Shown in pieces: positions 43,062-52,385 of a stretch of 64,000 nt of DNA (position 1 is its first letter; the number at the start of each line of letters is the position of its first letter). The position numbers were made by a program, and so were the translations under genes. Under the pieces are notes generated by a model. The model searched no databases and had not been told where the DNA came from. It worked only from the letters and a program-made list of their open reading frames with translations. The DNA comes from an uncultured Piscirickettsiaceae bacterium (GTDB lineage Bacteria > Pseudomonadota > Gammaproteobacteria > GCF-002020875), in NCBI GenBank assembly GCA_964344325.1, contig CAYFMX010000001.1:202233-266232 (forward strand), written 5' to 3'.

Positions 43062-44420
43062 ATGGCAGAAAGCGGCGGACAGGAGAAAAAAACCCAGTGG
43101 CTGACCACGGTCGTCAGTGCGCTGGAAAATGATGATCCGCATGCTGTCCAGCCATTGGTGGAGAATCTCCACTGCTCCGATTCCGCCCATCTGGTCGAAT
43201 CACTGCCGCCCAAAGAGCGACAGGCATTCTGGGAGACACTAACCCCCGAACAACGCGCAGAAATCCTCCCGTGCCTGCACGATGAAGTCCGCGCCGGGTT
43301 GCTGGAGGCGATGGAGACGGAAGAGCTAACCGCCGTCGCCCACCAGATTGAAACGGATGACATGGCCGACCTGTTGCAGGACATGTCGTTCCAGCAGACG
43401 CAGGATGTGCTTCGTTCACTGGACGAGCAAAACCGCGAGCGTTTGGAGGAAGTGCTCTCCTACCCGGAAGATACGGCAGGCGGCTTGATGAATACCGACT
43501 GTATTCGTATCCGCCCCGATATTTCGATTGATGTGGTACTGCGTTACTTGCGGATGCGCGGCGAATTGCCGGAGATGACCAACAAACTGATGGTGGTTGA
43601 TCGGCACAATACCTTCCTTGGCGAACTACCTATCTCCATCATATTGACCACACCGCCGGAAGTAGAAGTTGGCGAAGTGATGCTCAAGGAGTGCGAATTC
43701 ATCCCGGCGATGACCTCAGATCATGAAGTTGCTGACTTGTTTGAAGATCACAATCTTGTCTCTGCGCCGGTGTTGGATGAACGTGGACGATTATTAGGGC
43801 GTATCACAATCGATGATGCGGTGGAGATTATTCGCGAAGAGGCGGAACGCACTCTCTTGAGTCGCGCCGGCATGAAGGAAGAGGAAGACACCTTCGCGCC
43901 GATCCGTACGAGCATGAAACGCCGCACCGTCTGGTTGGCGATCAACCTCGCAACGGCGTTTTTGGCAGCATGGGTGATCGGCCTGTTTGAACACACCTTG
44001 CAGCAAGTCATTGCGCTAGCCGTGCTGATGCCGATTGTTGCCAGCATGGGCGGCATCGCTGGCGGACAAACACTGACACTAGTGATCCGCGGCATGGCGA
44101 TGGATCAGATCAACGAAGCTAATACACGTTGGCTGATCCTGAAAGAACTAGCAGTCGGCGTGATGAATGGCGGGTTCTGGGCTGTGATTGTCGCAGCTAT
44201 TGCGGCACTTTGGTTCGGCGATCTAATGCTTGGTTTGGTAATTGCAGCAGCGATGCTGCTCAATTTGTCGATTGCCGCGCTGTCGGGCGTGGTAATCCCG
44301 ATGGTGCAGAAAAAAATGGGGATTGATCCAGCATTAGCGGGGTATGTAGTGTTGACGACCGTAACCGATGTGGTCGGTTTCTTTTCGTTTTTGGGGTTGG
44401 CAACGTTGATTTTATTGTAA
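43062..44420 (+). CDS. mgtE: magnesium transporter MgtE
   Basis: 452 aa, N-domain, tandem CBS, C-terminal 5-TM MgtE channel domain. Confidence 0.85.
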   Translation: MAESGGQEKKTQWLTTVVSALENDDPHAVQPLVENLHCSDSAHLVESLPPKERQAFWETLTPEQRAEILPCLHDEVRAGLLEAMETEELTAVAHQIETDDMADLLQDMSFQQTQDVLRSLDEQNRERLEEVLSYPEDTAGGLMNTDCIRIRPDISIDVVLRYLRMRGELPEMTNKLMVVDRHNTFLGELPISIILTTPPEVEVGEVMLKECEFIPAMTSDHEVADLFEDHNLVSAPVLDERGRLLGRITIDDAVEIIREEAERTLLSRAGMKEEEDTFAPIRTSMKRRTVWLAINLATAFLAAWVIGLFEHTLQQVIALAVLMPIVASMGGIAGGQTLTLVIRGMAMDQINEANTRWLILKELAVGVMNGGFWAVIVAAIAALWFGDLMLGLVIAAAMLLNLSIAALSGVVIPMVQKKMGIDPALAGYVVLTTVTDVVGFFSFLGLATLILL

Positions 44421-44454
44421 ATAGTGCTTGCGCGATATTCTATCTGTAGCCTTC

Positions 44455-44550
44455 CTATTTTTTATTCGCGTGCCTTACTGATTCCCAAACTACAATTCCC
44501 ATACCAATCAGAAAAATTGCCGTGATTAAAACAACCATCAAAAACTTCAT
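44455..44550 (-). CDS. 31-aa single-TM peptide (translationally coupled to the upstream ORF)
   Basis: Manual translation MKFLMVVLITAIFLIGMGIVVWESVRHANKK; its ATG overlaps the TAA of the 85-aa ORF (TAATG). Confidence 0.35.
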   Translation of the reverse strand: MKFLMVVLITAIFLIGMGIVVWESVRHANKK

Positions 44551-44807
44551 TACAACTCCTCCAATTGATCAATTTTCTTGTAAGCAAAATGGTTGATTCC
44601 TACGATGGACAACGTCACCAAAAAAGAAATACCGCCAATCAGAAACAGAAGCTTCCATGTAATTTGCTCCCAATTTTGAAACAACCAACCAATCAACGAC
44701 ACATCTATCGCAACCAGCAAGATATATGTCGCTTTCAACCAGCCAATCTCCTCTTTGATTTTCTCTGATCTCGACACGCTTTTCTCCATAAACTTCAAAA
44801 TCAGCAT
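44550..44807 (-). CDS. 85-aa two-TM small membrane protein
   Basis: ORF with two hydrophobic helices and a charged N-terminus; AT-rich accessory context. Confidence 0.4.
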   Translation of the reverse strand: MLILKFMEKSVSRSEKIKEEIGWLKATYILLVAIDVSLIGWLFQNWEQITWKLLFLIGGISFLVTLSIVGINHFAYKKIDQLEEL

Positions 44808-44881
44808 TGTACCTCAAACGTAAAAGAGCAAGCCCGCAGACCTGCCCTTCAATGGTAAATTTCGCAATCAATCACCAAATA

Positions 44882-45472
44882 TCAGAGCACTACAATCACC
44901 TGATTGCTCGGCAATGAACTGCCCACACTATTTTGCGCCACAACCTGATAGGCGACCTCTTCCCGTACTGGCTGATCCTGCAAGATGATTTCGCGGTCAA
45001 TCGCAACCTCTTCCGATCTCCCATCACGCACAATTCGGTAGTGAACCACTTTTCCACCATCGTTTGGCTCTTTCCAGCGCAGTGCAACCACGCCGGATAA
45101 AATCCGCTCTGCGGTCAATGTTCTGGGCTGTCCGGGAACCTTCGGCGCAGCACGCAAGTTGCGTCCGCCCCAACCGATCAAATTCAACTTAATATCATCA
45201 TTGCCGACCGTATTTTCTGCATAATTGATCGCGCTTCGCGCCATTGCTGCCAACTGCTCCAGATCGCCATTCTTTTTGGCAACCATCGCCTTTGCCAAGG
45301 CCTGCTGTGCAATCGTAGTCTCACGGGATGCATCAAATTCTGCAATGAGATCTTCAATTTCTTCCGGCGTGTTGGGCGGGGAAGGATACAAATCCACATT
45401 GTTCCGCAGCCCTTCTGCAAGGGAAGCAGCCAGTGCCCGTATTTCCAGCTCTTTTTTCGGGAAAACCGCCAT
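44882..45472 (-). CDS. hypothetical protein with C-terminal fibronectin type III-like domain
   Basis: 196 aa; helical N-half, C-terminal beta-rich FN3-like segment (PGQPRTLTAERILSGVVALRWKEP...). Confidence 0.45.
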   Translation of the reverse strand: MAVFPKKELEIRALAASLAEGLRNNVDLYPSPPNTPEEIEDLIAEFDASRETTIAQQALAKAMVAKKNGDLEQLAAMARSAINYAENTVGNDDIKLNLIGWGGRNLRAAPKVPGQPRTLTAERILSGVVALRWKEPNDGGKVVHYRIVRDGRSEEVAIDREIILQDQPVREEVAYQVVAQNSVGSSLPSNQVIVVL

Positions 45473-45693
45473 AATGACCTCCTAGTGACTCATCTATCTG
45501 ATACGCAGATCGTATTGGATAGAGATCATAAAGAGACGGAAAACCTTTTTAAAACAGAATGTTTTTATGGACGGAGAATATTTTCTTGTTGGTGGATGAA
45601 GTTGCAAAACAGTAGAATTCCCAGCTTTTTTAAGAAACAAACTCCTGCCAATAAACAAACGAAATTCTCTTGAAATTAAAGGGTATTGAACGA

Positions 45694-46773
45694 CTAAGGT
45701 ACTGCATTATGGCTGCATGGACGACATCGAGGACCTAACTCAACTCCCTGATATTTATATACTATCTCTTTTGCTTTAGTAACAACATCTCTCAACATTC
45801 CTTCATCGGGCGGACATCGACTACGAAGAGGAGTTGCTGGATCAGGACGAAATGGACTAAGAACTGGATCACAACCCCTTTCAGCCAAAGCTCTAATACC
45901 TTCCAGAGTCGATTCAATGCTTTCTAGTCCGACAAGTAGAGATGAACGAACACGCCCTACACCAAAAACTTCCACTGCCTGCTCAATAAATTCAAGATAG
46001 CACTCCCTAGATAATCCATACTTACGAGGAGTTATCTTTCTGGCTATTTGCTCATCAAAAACTTCAATATTTATTGATAAACCATAAATTCCTATGCGTT
46101 TAAGAAAATTTAAGTCAAGTAAGTCAGGATAAGGAACCATCATCACATCAATTTCAAGGTCAGGATAATAATTGCAGGTTGTCTCATAAACTTGTTGTAG
46201 ATACGAATAGTCTTCAACTTTAGGTGTTCCACCTGAGATCAACACATGACGTGGTGACAATTGTGGATCTTCTATCGCGACTCGGAGCGCATCCATCATT
46301 CGATCAATTGGATTTAGACGATATTTAGATGTGTAAGGTAAATCACAAAACGTACAGGTAATTGCGCATCCGTCCACCGGAGAGATACGCGCCCTATCTG
46401 CGTGTGTGTTTACATACTGAGTAAATGGCTCGCCCCATTGATTCAGTTTCCCATGATACGCAGGAACAGGAATTGGTGAAGCCATAATATTAGTATTAGG
46501 CCCAACCACGAAAAAACTACCACTGTTTGTCACAAGTTGATAAATTGGTTTTGTAACAAAGTTGTAATTATAATCGATGAAAGGTGTATTGACCCACACT
46601 TCTTGATTACGCATTGGATCAAATAGCTTTAGTGTAATTCCGTTTGTAGTAGCATAGTCTCCAGTAGTTAATTGATCAGTTCCCCAAATTTTGAAAAGCT
46701 CTGTGCGTGCATCTTGAGTAATCTCAATCCCTTTCGAATACAACGATAGTTTTAGAAATTCAATATTATTCAT
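45694..46773 (-). CDS. radical SAM enzyme
   Basis: 359 aa, CxxxCxxC cluster (CAITCTFC) after an N-terminal domain of about 130 aa, glycine-rich SAM-binding segment (ISGGTP); start overlaps the stop of the upstream NTPase gene. Confidence 0.75.
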   Translation of the reverse strand: MNNIEFLKLSLYSKGIEITQDARTELFKIWGTDQLTTGDYATTNGITLKLFDPMRNQEVWVNTPFIDYNYNFVTKPIYQLVTNSGSFFVVGPNTNIMASPIPVPAYHGKLNQWGEPFTQYVNTHADRARISPVDGCAITCTFCDLPYTSKYRLNPIDRMMDALRVAIEDPQLSPRHVLISGGTPKVEDYSYLQQVYETTCNYYPDLEIDVMMVPYPDLLDLNFLKRIGIYGLSINIEVFDEQIARKITPRKYGLSRECYLEFIEQAVEVFGVGRVRSSLLVGLESIESTLEGIRALAERGCDPVLSPFRPDPATPLRSRCPPDEGMLRDVVTKAKEIVYKYQGVELGPRCRPCSHNAVP

Positions 46774-48917
46774 TATTGTTCAGATTTAGTTTGCGAACCA
46801 CACGATATAATTTGATGCGCACTTGCATTAAGTAGTTTGGCACTACTTTGATCCCACATGCAATATTCAAACTTCGTTTCTTTGTTTGCAGAAATCACGC
46901 AACCATCAATGCTAACCAGTTGCTCCAAGCGAGCAAGCTGCACAGTAATATTATTAGACTTACCAAATGCAATAGCTGCTTTATCACTCTTATCGTGCTT
47001 CTGCTTAACCAACTCAGTAGGTCGTCCAACTTCTGAATCATAGTAAAAACTAACCTGGCATAATGTGGTTTCACCATCAAATGTTACATTTTCAAATCGA
47101 CAGCCCCTGAAATCAACTTGAGACTTTTCTTTAGCAATATCTATAAAGTCTGAGTCTTTGAATACACAGCACCAAAAAAGAACCCCTTGAAGATCGACAT
47201 TTCTAAATGTGCAATTGTCAAAGCTGATCCCTTTAAATATTGTTCCTTTGAAAGTCCATCCTGAAAAATCTATACCTGAAAACTCTGATAAATTCTGAAG
47301 TGATTTGAGATCTACATTTCCAATATCCGTAATGAAGGAACAACCCTGATAGAATTTAGCAGGTTGGAAATATGAGCTACTTAAATCTACTGACCCGCTC
47401 TGAAGCATAACATCTACTCCTACATTTTCTACAGGAGATGAGATACTATCTTCGAGCGTACCAAATATCTTTGACGCCCAATTACTTAATGCTGAACCTA
47501 AAAGATCATGAACTAGTTCAACACGCTTTCCTAAGCTATCTTCGCTATTATCATTATATGTCTTAAGAATATTCGCATTCTTAAGCACAGAAATGGTGTC
47601 ATTAAAATAAGATTCGATAGCCGATTGAGCATCTTCGTATATACCATATTTATTCATTAACTTCCGAGTATTGATCTCTTCATTTTCTATTAGCTTGTCG
47701 AGTAACTCCTTAGTGCGTATGGAAATCTTATAGTCACCAGCTGAAAGAAACGACGATATGCGTGCTGCTATCCAGCGAATATAGCCAACTCTACAAGACA
47801 TTTCAGTGTGATCACTATCACTGTTAAAGTCATTCAGCGACATTGTGATCCAACGTTCAAGTGCTTCAGAATAGACGAAAAGATAATCCTCTTCTTCCTG
47901 AGAATCTATGATGACTGATTGTTCATACCCCAATAGGTCTTCAATTAATACTCTTTTTTTCCCCTGTTTTTTAAGATACGAGAAAAACTCATAAGAAACA
48001 ACTTGTAAGGTGAGTAAGTTATTACTTCTGAAATCTAGTTTTTCTTCTATTCCTTTTTTCACCATAGAACAGTTCAGAATCAAACGATCTCTTGTATCTC
48101 TATCTAAGAATATATCTTCGCTCTCAAATGATTTTTCAATAATTAAGCCAACCTGCTTTGTGACACCATTCTGATCCGTAGAAGGTATAGCCTTGAGGAA
48201 ATATGCTCTGCGCATGATACTTCCTACCTCATGATCAAGGAAACGAAGTGCATGTAAATACTCTTCACGCAGAGAGATAAGAATACGAACTTGTTTGTTT
48301 AAATAATATAAATCCTTGATTAATTCTATTATTTCATTGCTTTCTTGCAACCTAGACCTAAATAGCTCCTCTAATTGGTCAAAAATTAATATTACTCCAC
48401 CATATTGCCTAACCAGTGACATAACGCTGGCGACAAACAGTTCGTTCTGGGCTCTGCTCCTAGCTTCATCTATCAATTGAGCTTTCTCCAGTATTCCACT
48501 TGCGATTTGGTAATCATTATGGTTCTTGAAGTCGGCTTCTTCCGGTGTTTTTTCAGGGTTAAGTCGTTCTATTGCTTCTGCCAAACTCATCCAGAGGTAT
48601 GTACGTAAATCAGCACTATTTGCGACTCCACCCCAGTCTCGAAATACAAGCACAGGGAAGGGATAGATAATTTTTTCAGAAGAATTTTCCAGAGATGCAT
48701 TTCGACGTTTTCCGAGTTCAGGTATTAAGCCAGCTCTCAGAAGCGATGTTTTACCAGCAGCACTTTCACCTGCTAAAACGTTAAGCTGCCAAAGCACCAT
48801 ATTCTGTATAAGTTCACCAATTTCTTTCTCACGGCCAAAAAAACGGGAATGGTGTCTCTCCTCATATGGAGTAGCACCCACAAATGGATTTGTACTTAGA
48901 TCGTTAATTGTATTCAT
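46773..48917 (-). CDS. STAND-type NTPase with C-terminal pentapeptide repeats
   Basis: 714 aa; FFGREKE-x-Walker A (GESAAGKTSLLRAGL), Walker B ILIFDQLEELF, large helical middle region, C-terminal pentapeptide-repeat beta-helix (DFSGWTFKGTIFKGISFDNCTFRNVDLQGVLF...). Confidence 0.7.
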   Translation of the reverse strand: MNTINDLSTNPFVGATPYEERHHSRFFGREKEIGELIQNMVLWQLNVLAGESAAGKTSLLRAGLIPELGKRRNASLENSSEKIIYPFPVLVFRDWGGVANSADLRTYLWMSLAEAIERLNPEKTPEEADFKNHNDYQIASGILEKAQLIDEARSRAQNELFVASVMSLVRQYGGVILIFDQLEELFRSRLQESNEIIELIKDLYYLNKQVRILISLREEYLHALRFLDHEVGSIMRRAYFLKAIPSTDQNGVTKQVGLIIEKSFESEDIFLDRDTRDRLILNCSMVKKGIEEKLDFRSNNLLTLQVVSYEFFSYLKKQGKKRVLIEDLLGYEQSVIIDSQEEEDYLFVYSEALERWITMSLNDFNSDSDHTEMSCRVGYIRWIAARISSFLSAGDYKISIRTKELLDKLIENEEINTRKLMNKYGIYEDAQSAIESYFNDTISVLKNANILKTYNDNSEDSLGKRVELVHDLLGSALSNWASKIFGTLEDSISSPVENVGVDVMLQSGSVDLSSSYFQPAKFYQGCSFITDIGNVDLKSLQNLSEFSGIDFSGWTFKGTIFKGISFDNCTFRNVDLQGVLFWCCVFKDSDFIDIAKEKSQVDFRGCRFENVTFDGETTLCQVSFYYDSEVGRPTELVKQKHDKSDKAAIAFGKSNNITVQLARLEQLVSIDGCVISANKETKFEYCMWDQSSAKLLNASAHQIISCGSQTKSEQ

Positions 48918-48962
48918 TTTATTAAAACCTGTGCAAACTAGAACAGTACTATATACACGATG

Positions 48963-50897
48963 TTAACGGCGTGTGAGATAAGATAGCGATCTGAAAAACA
49001 TATATAAATCGTCAGTTAGTGCAGGTTTAATATTGAGATTCTCACAATAAGCATGCTTTACCTCATCTTTAGACTGCATCACAGCGTATCGATGCCCATT
49101 TCTTTTATCATTCTGGCCTAGTGAAGGAGTCTCATTCTTACCTGTAGCCACTTGAAAATACAATTGTGAGCGTATATTCCAATCAGAAAGAGAATAGCCT
49201 AAAAACCAAAGACCGAATCTAGATCGTACAGTTTGTAGTGCAGCAAGAGGCATTTCGCGGCTAGTAGCTTCTGAAAGAACTTGGACATACCCACTTTCAG
49301 TGATGAGTGTCATATGGTTCCACCTAACTGAAGAAAATGGGCTCTGCTGCGGAATCTGTTCAGAAATGGAAGCAATATCAACGCTCGGTGCACCGTGTAA
49401 TTTCAATATAATTGGTCCTGGAATAGATTTATCATTGAGAATATTTTTTAAGCAATGACTCTGTGATTGTCCGCCTGACTGTGTATCACTATTTTCCGAC
49501 CGATCTTTACATATAATACTTGGTTCTAAACGGTGCACGCTATTTATTATAGTCTGTCGTACCCACGCAGTTTCTATCCCAGATGCACTATCTTGACTAC
49601 TATATTGACTAGAAGTGGAAATTTTTCCATCTAAATCTTGTGCCTTAGAAGAACTATCACCATCAAAGTGTATTTCCCGGTAAACTGGAAATAAAATATG
49701 AATAGCCCCCCATGGGGGATTTTCTACATTCATAAGAGCTATCTCAAGTGACTCATCATAGTTTGTTGTAAATAATAATGGAGGAATTTTTGGCTCGCAT
49801 GGATTATCCTTAATGCGTCGCTCGTTAGCTTGATACATCGCTTTTGTAACAGAAGCCAACGATTTATAGCCTGAACTTACAGGGAACAAATCTTTGGTTA
49901 TCCGGTGACAGTATGATATCCAGTTATCTATAACTTCAGAAACATGCTGTGGAAACATCTCTTGTTCACCATCCACGACAGCTAATGCCTCGGCAACCTG
50001 AGATAGTTCACCAACCACTCTGATTGGCTTTCCAGTTTTACGAAGAGTAAGTCGTAATGTTAATTCACGAGACGATGGTAGCAATGGATCGTCGAATCTG
50101 AACAAATGCCACAGAAAAGAAAATAACCATTGAATTTCATCGCCGAGAAAACTTAATTGCGAATCAGAGTATGCTCGCTTATTAACCGAATCAAATATTT
50201 CGACATGCTCGGGCGAAAAAAGATCAATCTCACCTCTTACTATTTTTGAAGCAAGATCTCTTAAAGCAGTTTCTATGCTTTCTGGGCACAATAAGAAGCA
50301 AATTTCGACATTTGTATCTTTTAAGAACTTCCTTATCTTAGTTGCATTCGATAGGCAATCATTTAATATCGAAACAGCTTCTCCTATACTTCGTTCGGGA
50401 ATAAGCAGTCTTGTATTAGGAAGCCAAGCAGTTAACGTGTTGCTATTTCTCGTTTGATCAGCAGCAACAGTATCTAAATAAACTAAGAATTTAAGAATAT
50501 TTTTTTGTAGTTGTATTAGTAACACTTCAAGTGGGCTTTCATCGAAAGCAATAGCCTCTGAACTATTAGCCCAGTTAGTATAAATCCCACACCAAGATAC
50601 CGTTTCTCTTCTTGCTTCAGAAAGGTAATTGATATCGGCAATGATATCGAGCAAGTGCTTTTCACTATCAGATGCAGAATATGATTTCAATCTGCCAAAT
50701 CGATATGCGCTAAGAGCTCCAGGTGCAGCCCGTAACATTTCGAAATCTTTATTATCAGATGATAATAGATTACTTATTACTTCAGGATCACGAAATGCTG
50801 AAACACCCGCACCTATGAAAGGAACAAAGCGCCCTGCTTCAACATCACGTCCTAAAAAACTGATCCATTCCTCCGTTTGCACTTTTGACACTCCCAT
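48963..50897 (-). CDS. SIR2-family (DHS-like NAD-binding) protein with large inserted middle region
   Basis: 644 aa; N-terminal FVPFIGAGVS (GAGxS) and C-terminal LWFLGYSLSDWNIR (GYSxxD) are the two hallmark motifs of the SIR2_2 family. Confidence 0.55.
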   Translation of the reverse strand: MGVSKVQTEEWISFLGRDVEAGRFVPFIGAGVSAFRDPEVISNLLSSDNKDFEMLRAAPGALSAYRFGRLKSYSASDSEKHLLDIIADINYLSEARRETVSWCGIYTNWANSSEAIAFDESPLEVLLIQLQKNILKFLVYLDTVAADQTRNSNTLTAWLPNTRLLIPERSIGEAVSILNDCLSNATKIRKFLKDTNVEICFLLCPESIETALRDLASKIVRGEIDLFSPEHVEIFDSVNKRAYSDSQLSFLGDEIQWLFSFLWHLFRFDDPLLPSSRELTLRLTLRKTGKPIRVVGELSQVAEALAVVDGEQEMFPQHVSEVIDNWISYCHRITKDLFPVSSGYKSLASVTKAMYQANERRIKDNPCEPKIPPLLFTTNYDESLEIALMNVENPPWGAIHILFPVYREIHFDGDSSSKAQDLDGKISTSSQYSSQDSASGIETAWVRQTIINSVHRLEPSIICKDRSENSDTQSGGQSQSHCLKNILNDKSIPGPIILKLHGAPSVDIASISEQIPQQSPFSSVRWNHMTLITESGYVQVLSEATSREMPLAALQTVRSRFGLWFLGYSLSDWNIRSQLYFQVATGKNETPSLGQNDKRNGHRYAVMQSKDEVKHAYCENLNIKPALTDDLYMFFRSLSYLTRR

Positions 50898-50913
50898 TGA
50901 ATTGGTATTTTAT

Positions 50914-52290
50914 TTAGAAAATAGATTTTATTTTTTGTATTTTATCTTGATATTCAAGAGTCAATTTACCATCAAGCTTGCTGACACTTTCATTCGTTTG
51001 AAAACGACATATTATTGCATTTGGATCCACTTTAATTCCAGATGGAGGTAGTACAGACAAAATACCATTAAATTCTCGTCCAACCTCTAGATTAATCTTT
51101 GGCTCAACCGGATTTTTCTCAAGATTACGAATCACTACATGACTCATCTCAGGCTGTTCTTCAACTAATTGACAAACATGCCTATCAGGAGGTGGACATA
51201 ACCCTAGATAAGCAGAAATATGTTCAATATACAAATCAGGCTGCCCGATTTGTTGATCAAGCAATGCTGCGACTGATGAAGAACCTTGAAAACGTGGATT
51301 AACCTCAACTAAATAGAGCTTATTTTCATAGATTAATGCATCAATACCGAATGCGCCTATATACCTTTCCTTATATAACCAATTGCCTACAAATCGCCCG
51401 AGTAAATCCAGTTCTCCTAAAAGTTCTGGCTCAATTCTTTTTATCAATCCAAAATCATTGCCACAATAGGAAAACGGATTTCTCGTAAGTGCAGGATCAC
51501 CTACAATTTGTATCGAAGGCCCATGGAGACGTACTTCCGATGTATTTGATGACTGCCCAGAAAATACACACCCATTTATACTTATAGGTATACTATCATG
51601 AATATATGGAGCAACCGAGCAGTATCCATCTCTATTATTTTCCAGTTTATCCCATATTTTATTTAAGCCATTTTCATTTTCTACTAGAAAAAGACCATTA
51701 CCACCGGTAGATCTATTTAACCTAACTACTAAAGAACCATTATTCAGCATCTCTTCAAGCATAGGTCTCGAAGAATCTGTTATTAGAAAATATTTCCAAT
51801 CAATAAAATTGATAGGAACTTGAATCTTATCTCGTTCTTTTTTTAACTCCGTCTCAACCCAAACTTTATGCTCAAATGCATTCTGACGTTCTTGAAAAAG
51901 ACCGGCGAATTGCGCATGATTTTCTCTTGGAAAAATTACTGAAGTTAAAACATTATATGGTCGATACGGAACAAGCACACAGCGTTGATCGACAGCTTTC
52001 GAAAGTAACTGCCATAATTCACAAACAGCTTTTTTTTCTACACTGTTAGAAGGCTTATCATCGACAGAATATGCATCAAGGTCAACTCTCCGCCCTGTTA
52101 ATGTCTCTAAGCATTGTCCTCCGATTCCAGGCCAATCATTAAGAGGCGAAATAATCGAAAACACATCTCCGAATTGCGGCAATTCCATCAGAGGCTTAGC
52201 ATCGCAACCTCGGGTGCCAAACCAAATGATCCGTTGCCCTTCAAGGGCAGACGAAAGAGTTTGGAGATAGTTGTGCCTAACATGCTCCAC
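50914..52290 (-). CDS. ATP-grasp family ligase
   Basis: 458 aa; glycine-rich loop GGNGLFLV, C-terminal LYLVEVNPRFQGSS (ATP-grasp E-x-N-x-R Mg-binding motif). Confidence 0.6.
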   Translation of the reverse strand: MEHVRHNYLQTLSSALEGQRIIWFGTRGCDAKPLMELPQFGDVFSIISPLNDWPGIGGQCLETLTGRRVDLDAYSVDDKPSNSVEKKAVCELWQLLSKAVDQRCVLVPYRPYNVLTSVIFPRENHAQFAGLFQERQNAFEHKVWVETELKKERDKIQVPINFIDWKYFLITDSSRPMLEEMLNNGSLVVRLNRSTGGNGLFLVENENGLNKIWDKLENNRDGYCSVAPYIHDSIPISINGCVFSGQSSNTSEVRLHGPSIQIVGDPALTRNPFSYCGNDFGLIKRIEPELLGELDLLGRFVGNWLYKERYIGAFGIDALIYENKLYLVEVNPRFQGSSSVAALLDQQIGQPDLYIEHISAYLGLCPPPDRHVCQLVEEQPEMSHVVIRNLEKNPVEPKINLEVGREFNGILSVLPPSGIKVDPNAIICRFQTNESVSKLDGKLTLEYQDKIQKIKSIF

Positions 52291-52385
52291 AGTAGTATTT
52301 ACCCCTTTAATATCTAAAATCTGTTAGTCTTTGATAAAGCTATTTCACGCACGATTCTTAAAAAAACCCAAGGAATCTAATGTAA

